Made by a program: the position numbers and the translations under genes. The notes under the pieces were generated by a model. That model searched no databases and was not told the DNA's origin. It saw only the letters and a program-made list of their open reading frames with translations. Below, in pieces: positions 25,142 through 38,337 of a stretch of 64,000 bases of DNA. The DNA is from Azolla caroliniana. Its lineage: Eukaryota; Plantae; Polypodiophyta. The stretch's first letter is position 1; each line of letters begins with the position of its first letter. The stretch lies in NCBI GenBank assembly GCA_043228905.1, contig JBHGNT010000001.1, forward strand, positions 10,602,001 to 10,666,000, in the 5' to 3' direction.

Positions 25142-28100
25142 CATTCTGGTCCCCAGCTCAAGGTGAGCATGGTAGGAAAGGGGGTGTCTGTACATCTATA
25201 AGGAAGTCTTCAGATGTTGTTGTGGTGGGTCATGACACCATAGTGGAGGGACGTGCCATCTATGTGACTATTAGATGGGCCCAAAATGTAATTGGCATAA
25301 TAAATGTGTATGCACCCAATTCGTCAACGAACCGGGCCCTTTTTTGGAGGCAATTGGCCAATGGTTTGCCAGTGGCAGATGCATGGATCCTTGTTGGGGA
25401 TTTTAACATGACTTTGTACAAAGAGGACAAGGTGGGGGGTATGCCAATGGTGGTACAAGGGGCTGAGCTTGTTGCGTGGGATTTGCTGATGGGTAGAATG
25501 GGGGTGAAAGATGCCTGGCATGTAATAAAAAAACCTCGAAATTCGCTAAGTTTTTTGAGAGCAGGTTGCAGTATGCATGGTTTTTGCATGTCACGCATAG
25601 ACAGAATATACATCAATCTGGCACTAGAAAAATTTGGAACCAATGTTGAAATCATTGCAGGGTCAGCCTACTCTGATCATATGCCGGTTAAGATAACGCT
25701 AGAAACGCAGAGGAGGCCACCAAGGGACTACAATGTGAGGATCAACAAAAAACTTTTTGAGGATGTGGAGGTGAGTAGAAACATAAGGCGTATATGGGAA
25801 AGCAATTCGGTTGGATGTGGCGCACTTGATAAACTTCGAGGGAAGATTATCGAAACGTCAACTTATCTCCATAAGGCGACGAAAAGTAGAATTACGAGGT
25901 CTAAGGAGGAAGAAATGTGTTTAAGGAGATCAATAGCGGCTGCCCAAAGGCTACTACAGAAAGATCCCCGTTGCCAATGGTCTAGGGCAAGCCTCGAGGC
26001 TGCCAGAGAAACGTTGCAATGTTTGATTGCATCTAGAAATACGATGTTATTTAGGAGTTCGGCTGTATGGTGGAGCAAAAATGGGGATAAGGTGAATAAA
26101 CAATTTTTTAGGCATAAACAACCTAGAACAAACTATAGCTACAATCTGAAACTGGTTAAGGAAGATGGCTCTATCTCGGAGGATATTTCAGACATCTTGG
26201 AGGCGGTCACCTCACACTATCATGAGTTGCTTTCGGATAGTTACAATAGCCCCGAACAACCTGCTATGATAGAATATGTGCTTGAGGGAATGCAACATAA
26301 AATTTCAGATGCGGCACAAGCTAATTTGGTGAGGCCTCTCTTGGAGGAGGAGGTGGCTGATGCTTTGGCAAGTATTTGTAGAACGTCCTGCCCAGGCTCC
26401 GATGGGTTATCAAGAGATTTTTTCGAAAATTTTTGGGATGTAATCAAGGCAGATTTGGTTGATGGGCTAAAGGAGGCATGGGATGTTGGGTACTTACCTG
26501 AGCAATTTCAAGAGGGAATGATATTTCTAATTCCTAAGGTAGAAGGTGTAACAACTGATGCAAGGCAATGGAGACCAATCACGTTGCTAAACACAATATA
26601 TAAGATATTTGCTAATATACTAGCCAAGAGGGTAAAACCCTACCTGCAGGAACTAATCCATGTTGGACAAACAGGGTTCATGGAAAACAGATGCATAATT
26701 GATAATGTGCTGACATTTTGGGAGGCGATTGCCTTGGCAAAGAAAACCAATCAGCACATTGCGTGTCTCATGCTTGACTCTGAGAAGGCATATGACAGAG
26801 TTCAATGGCCTTTTTTAGATAAAGTCATGGAAAGGTTGGGTCTACCTTTAAAATGGCGATCAGCTGCACTAGCCCTTTACAAAGGAAGTTCGAGTAGGGT
26901 GTTAGTGACAGGGCATCGTGGCCCATCAATTCCATTACGTAGGTCTGTTAGACAGGGGTGCCCGTTGGCCCCCTATCTTTTTTTATTTATTACAAAAGCA
27001 TTCTCTTTCTTTTTGAACAGATCGGATGCAGGAATAAGAGGTTTAGCTATCCCACATGCGAGTAAGGAGTTGCTGGACTCTGAGTATGCAGACGACACTA
27101 TGCTTTACTTGTAAGGGAATGATGCTAATTTACAGAAGGTGGAAGGACGGATTGAGTGGTTTTGCAATGCATCAGGGGGGAAAATTAACTGGAACAAAAG
27201 TAGAGGATTCTAGGTAAGTTCAAACCCACGATCGTTATGGTGTCCCAACGTTGATTTTCAATGGGTCCCCAATGGCATGGCTGTTAAGTATTTGGGCTTT
27301 TTGGTGGGAGTTGAGACACCAAAAAATCAGTAGCTTGAGCAGGTCAAAGACAAAATTAGAAAAAAGCTTCGGTTGTGGGCATTAGTAAAGCTCTCCCTTG
27401 CTGGTAGGGTTGTGGTGGTGAACCATATTTTGCTGGTCACCATGTGGCATTCAGTGGCATGTTGGATGTTAGACAAAGCTTGCATAAAAAATATTAAGGC
27501 AATGGTGAGAGGCTTCTTGTGGTCGGGTAGAGACAATGAAAAGGCATCAACTAAAGTGGCGTGGGGTTGTTTAGTTAAGACAAAGAATGAGGGAGGACTT
27601 GGACTGGTGGATCCGGTTCACCAAAGTAAGGCTCTACTTGGTAAGCTTTTAGTGCGAAGTTTGCAACCCGGACCAGAATTGTGGAAGGTGCTCCTTAGGA
27701 ATAGAGTTTACCTTTGGTGTCCCAAGAATGGTGGTCCTTGGCAGGCAAATACATGGTGGTTGTTCAACCCAGCTCTAAAGTTGAAAGAACCGGCTAGCAT
27801 GGAGGATAGAGTGGTTCACTCCATAATGAAGGCATGGTCAAGTTTAAGAGAAGGGTTAGTCTTAATGCAACCGAAAACACTGGATAAACAACTACGAAAA
27901 CTGTTGTTTTGGAACCCTAGGATTAGAAGTGAAGATGGTAAGATGCTTGGACAACAAAAGTACTTGCCTTGGGGGAAGATGCTAGGGTACAAGATTCAGT
28001 CGGTACACGATTGGGAGGTTTTCAGCATGAAGAGGCGGACGGGTCAGACTGTTAATTGTAGGATTACTGGAAGACTAACGAAGGTAACCCAACTGATAGA

Positions 28101-29493
28101 TGGGGTTGTTGATGGATTGGATAAGTTGCCAGTGGAAGAGATAGTTTGGTCGGGCTAGTTTGTAGGTGAGGGTGATGCACAACTTATCCGTGGTAGGTGC
28201 TCAACTAGCGAGGATCGTTTGTGGGGTAACGGAAGTTCTTTGACAGATGATGGTAGGTGGATGGCAGTGCGGGTGGCAGTGTTGGAGGGTAAGTGGTGGC
28301 AATTGAACCCAGACCCTAAGACACTGGATCATGAGTGTAAAATATGGCTTTACGATAATAAACCCTTATATGATTTGGAGTGGGACCCATTGGAGGTTTG
28401 GTGGCAGACACCAGGAACAAAAAACTTGAAAAAGTTTTTTGAATACAATACCAAGCTAGGAAGATGAATCGTTGGCTCCAAAACCGTGGATGTTGGAATG
28501 ATTCGCAACAGTTGGAAGGATAAAGGCATTTCAGATGACGATTTGAAGTCGTTTTGGAGGAGACTATGGGCATTGGATATGCCAAAAAAAATTAAGGCTT
28601 GGTGGTGGCTTCTTAGCCACAAGGCGATACCTGTAGGCGAGTGGTTGAGCTCCTGTGGTGATGAGGCTAGTTGTAAGTTATGTGGACAAGATGTGGAATC
28701 AATCTCTCACTGTTTTTGGAATTGTACAGAGGCGATTAGCATTTGGAGTAGAAGCCTTCAAATCGTGGCAGCCTGTGGTGTGAAAGGGAACGTTTTGTGG
28801 GGCTCAATACAAGGGTTGTCCTTAAAAGGGGAAAGTTGGGGTGAACGGTTAAACCCACAAGGACATGGATTTATAGTGCAAGGCGGTGGCGTGTTCCAAT
28901 GTGATGGGGTGAGACCAGGCACAAATTCTAAAATTTTTGAGGAGATTTGGCTTATGGTGGCATGTTTGACGGCTTGTCATATCTGGATCAGGCGTTGTAA
29001 GGTTGTTTTTCAGCAGCAAAAGATCTCATGCGGGGAGATGATGTTAAATATCTGGTTTGATCTTGTGGCTTGGTTGCGCGGTCGGTATGATTCGATTCAA
29101 GGGGATTCAGAAGAAGCAGAATGGGCAAGGTCAAAATTCTTGCTGAAATGGAGTAGCTCTCCCATGCTAGTCAAATCTTCATCCAGGCCTAAGTGGAATT
29201 ACCAAGCACCTAGGTGGCTGTTTCCACCGATGGTTCCCAATATTGTACATGGGTTGTAATTATGTATGTATAGCTGACACAAACGTGCGTTAGGGAGTTG
29301 TAGAGTCGGGTAAAATAGGGTTTAATTCAATTTTGCTTGAGTTAAGGATCGGTTGAGTTTTTTTTGCTGTTTTTGGTTGATAGTTTTGGAGTTGTTTCTC
29401 CAAGTTGTATATGTTGATCCCATTGTGGATTTGGATAAACTTTGTTGTATTCTATTTGCTAACTAATGCGAAGTAGTGGTTTTTTGGAAAAAA
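25142..29493 (+). mobile_element. 5'-truncated L1/Tx1-like LINE (ORF2: EN-RT-zf), inactivated by stops
   Basis: Endonuclease INVYAPN, VGDFN, SRIDRIY, SDH; RT WRPITLLN, RQGCPLAP, EYADDT; zf SCKLC..HCFWNC. 16-bp TSD aaaatgtcacaatact (25126-25141, 29494-29509); A tail; stops at about 27112, 27210, 27330 and 28156. Confidence 0.95.
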
Positions 29494-30679
29494 AAAATGT
29501 CACAATACTATACTCAAACAAGAGAAGGGTTTAAGCAAACCATCTCTATACGATTTTGTTAGTTTGCTATGTGAAGTAATGAGTAGATCAATAATAAGTA
29601 TGATCAGTAGGTACATTCCACGTATAGATTGATTGAAACAAACAAAAGTAAGTTCATATGTGGATAGTTAGTTGCTTGCATGACATGTGGCTAGTTTGTA
29701 AAAGGATTGTTTTGAGTAAAATACTTCAGTCATTATGTCGAAAGTTAAAAATATGTTCTTAATCATTATGCTTGTATTACTCTTAAACAAAAAGAACACT
29801 CAAATTATTAATTTTACATTTCACAATGTGTTGTCTAATATTAAGACATTTTCATAATATACATTGGGTGTGTCTAGCTAAATTCTTCATTAGTTGGAAT
29901 ATGTACAAGTTCATTAATATTTTATTCCTATTCTTAAATGGTACACTTAACTTTTCAAGGTATGAGCATTGAGAACTTTGTAGTCAAAATGTAAACATTA
30001 CTCACATCTTCATCAATAATATAAATGAATAATAATAAGGTCATTCGATAAACTTCCAAGAGAAAATTCATCTGAACATTGGAATTGATATCAAAACTAT
30101 CACAATCCTTGTGATTGTTATCGTACAAATATACGTTTCAATGATTGTTTGGGTGGTTACCAATAGCATTAAAGAAGCAATTGAAAGTATTTGATGTTGG
30201 AGTCTACTTACAAATCGCACTTGAGTGACAATAAATATAGACTCCATTGATAAAGGCCAAAAATCCATACTCAACTTGTAAAAAGATGGGGTTTTTTTAA
30301 CCCAGTGTTGTTGAGACTATTGGAGCTACACGAATGTTCAATAATTTTCTAGTTAATTATGTTGCAATTTTCTTTGTAATAATGGACTATTTTGTATATT
30401 GGCTTGGGCCGCTTTATGTTAATACCAATGGATGATATTTTTATGGGTAAAAATATAGACTTGACATACATTAACATTGGCTAGAGATTAAGAGGGAAAT
30501 CAAAACTCAAATCATAATATAAGATTAATGTTATGTTTCAATTTTCAGCGTTGCTTCCTGTTAATATAAGTAAGTTCCATATGACCTCACAAGTAAACCC
30601 TATATTTCCATTATTTACAATTAGGAAATGCAAGCCTTAGGATTGTGGAGTGTTGTTTTGTACAACAAATGGTTATTAC

Positions 30680-32480
30680 ACAATATATCAAACTAAAACT
30701 GTGATCAAAATCATATCCATCACTTGAGACTTGAACCCATAGTTGTAAAGCACAAGCTTTACCAGTGTTTGTACATAATATCTTGCCAAATAGATGTGTG
30801 TTTGTTTCTAGCTTGAAAGTTTGTGGTGATACTCGAGACATCAATCAATGTAGTGTAATACATGCTGAGATTGTGAAGAAAGGGTTACATATTGAGACCC
30901 TCATTGCCAATACCTTAGTGGGTATGTAGGCCAAATGTGGGTTCCTCCAAATAGCATAGGAATTTTTGATGTTTCTGTGAAAGATGCAATTTCATGCAAT
31001 ATAGTGACTATAGAACATTTGGAACATGGATATAGTGAGAGAGACAACACTCTCCTTTTTTTGAACAATGCATGCCAAATATGGAGAGTTTGTAAAATGT
31101 CAAAAAGTGCTTAAATAGGTTCCTATTTGAACTATAGTCTCTTGGATTGCACTTATTGGTGAGTATGCTAAATAAGGTCAAGGCCACAAAGTTGGACCGT
31201 TTTTAACAGATTCAAAATGATGGCATTGCCCTAGATACTATCACATATATTTTGTTTCCTTGCAAAAGCACAAGAGGATATGTAGAGAATAACCAAGATA
31301 GGAATTGAGTTTTGTGAAGAAACTCTTAAATTTGTTGAGCATCTGCAAATGGAGGGGTTTATTCCTGGTGTTGTCAATCATCTAAGCAGCTTGAGAGTTA
31401 GCTCAAAGATGGTAATTGGGATGAAGGTCAAGAATTACATTTGGAGATTGCTAAAGATGGGTACGAAAGAGATCTATTTCTTGGTAATGCTTTGATAGAC
31501 ATGTATGCAAAAGGTGGCTCTCTTACTCTACTACGGGATGTAGTCGAGGATCTACCAAGTCAAGATGTGACATTGTGGAATACCCTTATTAATGGATATG
31601 CTAAATATGGGCCAACTGAAGACGCCCTATGTTTGTTAGTTGTTAGAACAAATGGAAATAATGGTATTCCCTCTTGGAGCAATGACCTATATAAGTGTCC
31701 TAAATGCTTGTGGGACTCTTTGATTGATATGTACATCAAATGTGGCTTGATAATGGAAGGTGATTGCATCTGGATATATTGACTATGGGCTCGAAAAGCA
31801 AGTGTTTTATGGCCTCGAACAAATGCAATTTCTTCTCCCAACTTTGCTTGATTTGTTTGTTTCTTGAAAGCTTGTTTTAGCTTAGAGTCTCTAACAAGAG
31901 GAGGGGAATTACATGGTGATAATGCAAAAGAAGGATTTGAAAAATATCATTTTGTTGGTACAGTAAATGTGAACCAATAATTGAAGCCCGAGAGTTTTTT
32001 GATGGATTATTGTTGGTTGGAGATGTGTGTGGTACAATGGACTGCCATGTTATTGGGCTATACTAAGCATGATAAGAATGAGGATGCTATACAACTTTAT
32101 CTTCAAATGCTTGTGCAAGGCCTCTTACCTAATATGATGACATTTTTTGGTATGTTGAAAGCATATGGCAACATGGGAGATATATAGAAAGGGAACAACT
32201 TCCAGGTTCAAATGTCCTCGTAAAACATGGAGGTCACACAAACAAGTGCCTTATTGAGAAGTATGCTTGAAGATTAACAAATCTTTGCCATAAGACAAGC
32301 AAGAAGTCTTTTTGAATGGGCTAGTTTAATTTCCAGATATGCCCGAACGGAGAAACTGTGCATAAAACATTTAGCACAATTATGGTTTCAAATATCGTCT
32401 CATGGAATGCACTAAAAAGAGGTTATAGAGACTATGGATATGCCGACGAGGGGTTGTATTAGTTTTGAACAGATGCAACA
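30680..32480 (+). pseudogene. Decayed PLS-class pentatricopeptide-repeat gene
   Basis: Fragments IHAEIVKKG..IANTLVGM*AKCG, LFLGNALIDMYAKGG..DVTLWNTLINGYAKYG and VVQWTAMLLGY..LLPNMMTFFGMLKA, with many stops and frameshifts. Confidence 0.85.
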
Positions 32481-34149
32481 CAATATATGTATATACTTTT
32501 CCTTTAATTTTAATACCAATGGAGGATATTTTTTATGGAAAAAAAAAGAACAAAATGATTCCTTTGCAAACTTGAATGTGATTATTGAGCAATCAACTCC
32601 ATTTAATTTTGACTTTGATTCGTAAAGAACATGAAATGTCTAAATTTCCTACTACTTAAACTAGGAAATACATATACTTTTAGAATAAAAACACTACATC
32701 TAATATATATCATATTGCCTCGATGGGGCAATGTTAACATGATAGTTTTGATATTGACCTTAATATGATGAGTATTTACGTCTTAATAGATGGAGTTACA
32801 AGTTTTATTTGTCGTGTGAGAAAAATAACTTTGTGGCTCAACTTTATGATGGTGTCATCCACGATGATTCCGATAGTGCCTTATATTTTGTGCATGTGCA
32901 AAAGAAACGGTAAAGAAATCAGAGCATGTAAAAGGGGCAAAAATGTAATGAATTTTGCATGCAATCAACCAAGTTGCAAACATTTGCCAGAAAAAAGAGA
33001 TTCCAACGCAATCAACTAAGTTGTAAACATTTATGTTATAGAGGATGCACATTTTTGCTACCCAAGAGCTTTCATTGAATTGATGTAAAATTTTGCGGCC
33101 ATAGACATCATCACTATGGTGTAAAACAACAATACCACGACCACATAATGTTATTGGGGATCATGCATTAAATGGTAAAACCAAGCCATTCTTGAATCTT
33201 CACACATACACACTTTGTATTCATTCACGACCCTCCTTATCTAGTTAAACAAGTTGGCATTCTTTACACCTCTTGAATGAAGATCCTTACCTAGTCAACT
33301 AATCAATCGATTAATCAATGCGTAAAGAAATAACCAAAAAATTATAAGTTTCCTTTTTTTAGGTTCAATAATTTTTAACTTCATGTAGAAACTTCCATGG
33401 AGGAATCTGAAGTAAAAATATTAAGCATGCTATATACCTATTATGACAATAATACAAAGTATGCTTGGCAATTACTAGCAAGAGTTCATTCCATTGGATT
33501 CTTATATTTTGAAACATACAAGGCAACTTAAAAGAGTAGTGAGGTCACACTTCTATCTATGGGATTCACATTCATATTTAAAGGATATGTCACATGCAAA
33601 CATAGAAATGCCAAGTTTATGTAATACATGTTTAGCCTCTTGTGCATGCTTCGTAAAGAGTTCAACTCTTCAAATATAAAAAGTAATGCTTGGAGAGAAA
33701 ATGACCGTACTTGAGGATAAATACATTTGACCCAACAAGTTAGCCTTTGACACACATCATGGATAGCAAAGGCATTACTCTTTTATATCAACTAGAGCAT
33801 ATTGTCTCACACCACTAGCTTTGGCATTGATAGAGATTGCGAAAATGTCAACATTTTGATGTTGAGATTCAAATAAGATGGCCTTTGGATTAATATACAC
33901 AATCTTCTTACATCTTCAAATATGCACAGTATATTGGGGAGAAAAACAAAGTTCTTTCATTCTACATAAAAGATGGAGACACAAAGAGAGAGAGAGAGAG
34001 AGAGAGAGGCATTCCACAATGGCATCTAGTGAAATAAGAAATATTTATGGAGTAATAGAGAGGTGAGAAAATTGGATATCAAACCCAAGATGTAGTGTTA
34101 GTAATGTAAACAACTTACCACTAGGGTAAGCTTATTACAATAAAAAAGT

Positions 34150-34151
<2 letters not shown>

Positions 34152-34186
<35 letters not shown>
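34152..34186. repeat. (AG)n microsatellite; a shorter one lies at about 33985-34008
   Basis: Directly visible. Confidence 0.9.
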
Positions 34187-34188
<2 letters not shown>

Positions 34189-35758
34189 CTCATTACAAAA
34201 GAGAGAGAAACCATGACCATTTCTATAGATTGTTCATATGTTGCAAACACATTTATGATTCTAAAGCATCTAAATTCCCCCATATATAGTGTCTTCCTTA
34301 ACAACACATCTCCCTTAAAAACAGTAAGGGTGTATCACTACTTCTATATGCTTATGGACCACTTCAAAAATATATCCCTATTGTAAATTTACATGGCATT
34401 GAAAATGGCCACAAGTAGTGATGTTGAGGTGGGAATGATTGTTTGGAACAAATGAACCATAAGCCCTATCGTCTAAGGTTGAAAAATTGGACCAAAAAAT
34501 GACAAGATGAGTAATGCCAAAGTCACAAGGACAAAGAATGTGTCTTGTGATGAGCAGACTCCAACAAAGATGTTTGAAACATCAAACATGGGATTTTGCA
34601 TAAACAAGAACATTGAATGGAAACTTTGAAACATCAAACATGAAAATTTGCATAATCAAGAGCATTGAATGGAAAGCTATGCAATATTGAAGTGTCAACA
34701 TCTTAATGGGTGCAAAAACATGTGAGTTGGAAGGTATAATAGTGTATATTGAACCATGTCAATGCATGTGGATGCATGTTTACTAGGATCCAAATTCATG
34801 CCAACCCAGAACCCACTAAATCTTTCCATGCCACGTAGTTGATCTTTGCACATATTGTGATATTTTCTTCAATATTCTAACAAAACATGTTATGTCCTTT
34901 GGTAAGTACATATAATATAATGTGGCCAACAAAATTGTATAGCATGTGAAAACGACATGTTTTTATGGATAAGTATCATGGCTCATTGTCCATATGAGTT
35001 GAAGGAAAGAGTCACTCAAGCTAGTTCAAATGGATTTGAGACATAATAGGTGTCTTACAAGTAGCGAGTTGTGAATGATTTGTTGAAGACAAATGTATTA
35101 TATTGCGAAATGATGGAGGAATGAGTAAACTCAAGTGTCTTGTGAGCATTTATACCCTTGCATATACATACATAAAAGCAATTGAAGTCACTAATGAAGA
35201 TGTGGATGTGTTACATGATCCGTTTCATTCCTCCTATTACATTATGCATGCAATATTATATTGTTTTTTTCCCATCAGAATCATACGAATGCGTACATCC
35301 ACCAATCTTTCGTATCTGGAATGAAAAGAAGTTCTATCTGAACTTTGATTTCTTCACCAAATTGAATTGATACATTCCAAAAGTTTGTGAGACTCCCCCA
35401 ACCCCCCTCTCAATAAGAAGGTTTCTTTCTAACCCAAGCAATTATTGGATTGCCAGGTGGGTTTGACAATTATTTCATGTAGATGGAGAGAATAATAAAT
35501 AAACGAACAAAAAGGGTTTTAATATGTGATTGTGATATTTGGGCCATTGTTGAATATCCATAAACAATAAAAGTTTTAACATATTATTATAATATTGTCA
35601 GAGAATCATAGTGCACATTTTGATTATTCAAAATAGGTGACAACCTTAAACTAAGAACTATATCTATCTCTATGTATGTTAATAAAAGCTCACTTCTATT
35701 AGTGTGCATTGTGAAGTTTGAACTATTTTGCTTTATAATTTGATCCAAGAGATAAAAA

Positions 35759-38337
35759 ATGGGTCTCCTAGTTTTGGTGACAAAATTCTTCTTTGTTTTC
35801 TTCATCTTTGATATCACATATAGTTTGGCTTCTTTAGAGGAGCTTGCCTCCGTACCTGAGGATGGCCGTTTCACACGTGAAGTTCAAGATTATCTCTCTT
35901 GGTTATCTCAAATGGAATCCATGGGCTATAATAGCCCTAGTAACACTAACAACAAGGTTGAACTGGAACCTAAGTATGGCCCTTCTAAGGATAGTGAAGA
36001 CATGAATCAAAACATTATCATTGTTAGCCAAACCCCTGGCATTGGCAATTTCCAATTAATCCAAGATGCCATCGATTCCATCCCCAAAGGCAATAACCAA
36101 CGAGTCATCATACAAATCGCCGAAGGAACTTATCGGTAACATTTCTAAATTTAATTTCTTGATAATAATAGCCTAACCTCAATTAGGCAATAATCTATCA
36201 TGGTTTATGTAAACTAGATGCAAGCCACCACATTGACCTTGATCATTATCCAAATAATCTAGTGTTTGTAAACAAGCAATTCCATTTTCATCTATGCCAC
36301 CACTTTATATACAAATCATTAAGTTTTAGTTCCACACTGCCATAAGCACATTCGAGCCAACCTACACTACCCACATTTTGATATTAACCATTAGTTATTT
36401 AATTGAGTCTAGCCCATTAATCCCATTTTCATGGAGGCCATAGTAACTAACCTTCCTTGACAAAGTTAGTGTATTATATGTTGTAGGGAGAAATTGAAGA
36501 TACCAAAGAAAAAGCCCTACATTACATTCTTGGGCGCCGGCACCAACAAGACTAAGATCACATGGGATGACAATGCTGCGAAGACTGGAACCACGTACAC
36601 TAGTGCAACTGTTTCTGTTATGTCGGATGGGTTCATTGCCAAAGGCATAGCTTTTGAGGTAATCTAGAATTCATGATTATAACGAGCATGGTTAAGTCAC
36701 AAGATGTTTTAGGGAATTAGAAATTATGATGGACACAACTAAATCATGGGATATTTTAGACATTTCCCTATGTGGGGAATGAGTGTCAGCCACACTTGCT
36801 ATCCATTCACATTTCTCCTACAATGTTTACACATTATGAGCTTCTCTAGATAAGATTAGAGATTTTTGTCTAGCTAAGCGTTGGTGAGCAAAAGATTGTA
36901 TGCGGGAAGAGCCTGCCTTGAACTTTCCCAAATCATGCTTGGCAAAAAAAATAATGGTCAACTTGATGAGTTTCTCTAGATTATTAGGCATGGAACATAG
37001 CTTGGTTGCCAAGTCTAGCAGAACGTAGCCATGTAGAAGCTCATAACATTAGGTCCTTGTAGGTTGTGAACATTTCTATGACTTTTTATCTACAATCAAA
37101 AACCTAGTTAGTATTGGCACCTAAAATTAAGTTGTGACATAATTGATGATTGCCAATCTTTGGTTGACCATGTGCCATGTAGAACTCATCGCCCCCGCCC
37201 GTACCAGGAATAGTGGGAGGGCAAGCAGTCGCATTCCAAATTTCGGGTGATCATGGGGCCATTTACGATTGTGCATTCTACGGAGCACAAGACACATTGT
37301 ACGACCACAAGGGACGCCATTACTTCAAGAACTGCCTCATCCAAGGCTCCGTCGACTTCATCTTCGGGGACGGCCAATCCATCTATCAAGTATTCAAAAC
37401 AAGTACTATAACTATAAGTTATAGCCATGTGGGGTGGCCATAACACCTCTAGGCTGTAATATATTGAATGACATACATATTCCACCTCGCAATTGCAGGC
37501 ATGCGAACTACGAACTATTCACATGAATGCGGGCTCACTAACGGCACAAAAACGGAAGCTTGGGACAGAGCCAACGGGCTTTGTGTTTCTTAACTGCACC
37601 GTGTCGGGGGTGGGGATGGTAATATTGGGCCGAGCTTGGGCTGCATACTCTCGGGTTGTCTTCATCTTCTCGTACCTCGATAATATCATCCTCCCCGATG
37701 GTTGGAACGATTGGGGCATCCCGGATCGACAAAAGTATGCTAATTGTTGTCATTCACTTCTAGCTAAGTTGTCTTAATTTTGTGAGACTTTCCTAGGGGT
37801 GAGAGGCCTTGGATACCTAGCTAGGTGCATGGAGGGGCATGGTTCCCCCTACCAGCACCTACCTAGGTATGCTATGCATAAACGCGTGTGTACTATGGAT
37901 AATATAAATTGTGGTCACTCTCATCAAAGTGTCAACGGAAATTTAGGTTTAACGAGAATAATAAGGTTAAAGGGACAATAGAGAACTCTATGTGTCCAAG
38001 TATGTGTCAATTCACAACTAGGAATAACTCCTCAAAACGTCTCCAAAAAATGAAACTCGAGTACATGATCACCTTTTTGTTTGTCATTTGAAGTTAGAAA
38101 AGTTTTTGTAAACATACATGATCACGATTTATGTCGAAATCATGACACAATGGCTAACATATTCTTCAACTTGCTCCATGTAGGACTGCTTTCTATGGTG
38201 AGTACAAGTGCTTTGGCCCAGGTGCCGATCGGCGTTCTCGAGTTGCTTGGTCTTATGAGCTCACTGATGCTCAAGTTGGACCTTTCTTATCCCTTGATTT
38301 CATTGATGCCAATTCATGGCTTACCTCTAGTCCTTGA
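35759..38337 (+). CDS. PME: Pectin methylesterase (CE8) without PMEI pro-domain, 5 exons
   Basis: Exons 35759-36135 (hydrophobic N-terminus, [15 protein letters not shown]), 36487-36658 (EKLKIP..PYITF), 37183-37389 ([17 protein letters not shown]), 37499-37734 (LGRAW, GWNDW), 38184-38337 ([15 protein letters not shown]). All junctions are GT-AG and in frame. Confidence 0.95.

Noticed and set aside
120-38337. Cell-wall gene cluster (alpha-galactosidase plus PME)
   Set aside because: Two members of large families 30 kb apart with an unrelated gene between them; no evidence of co-regulation
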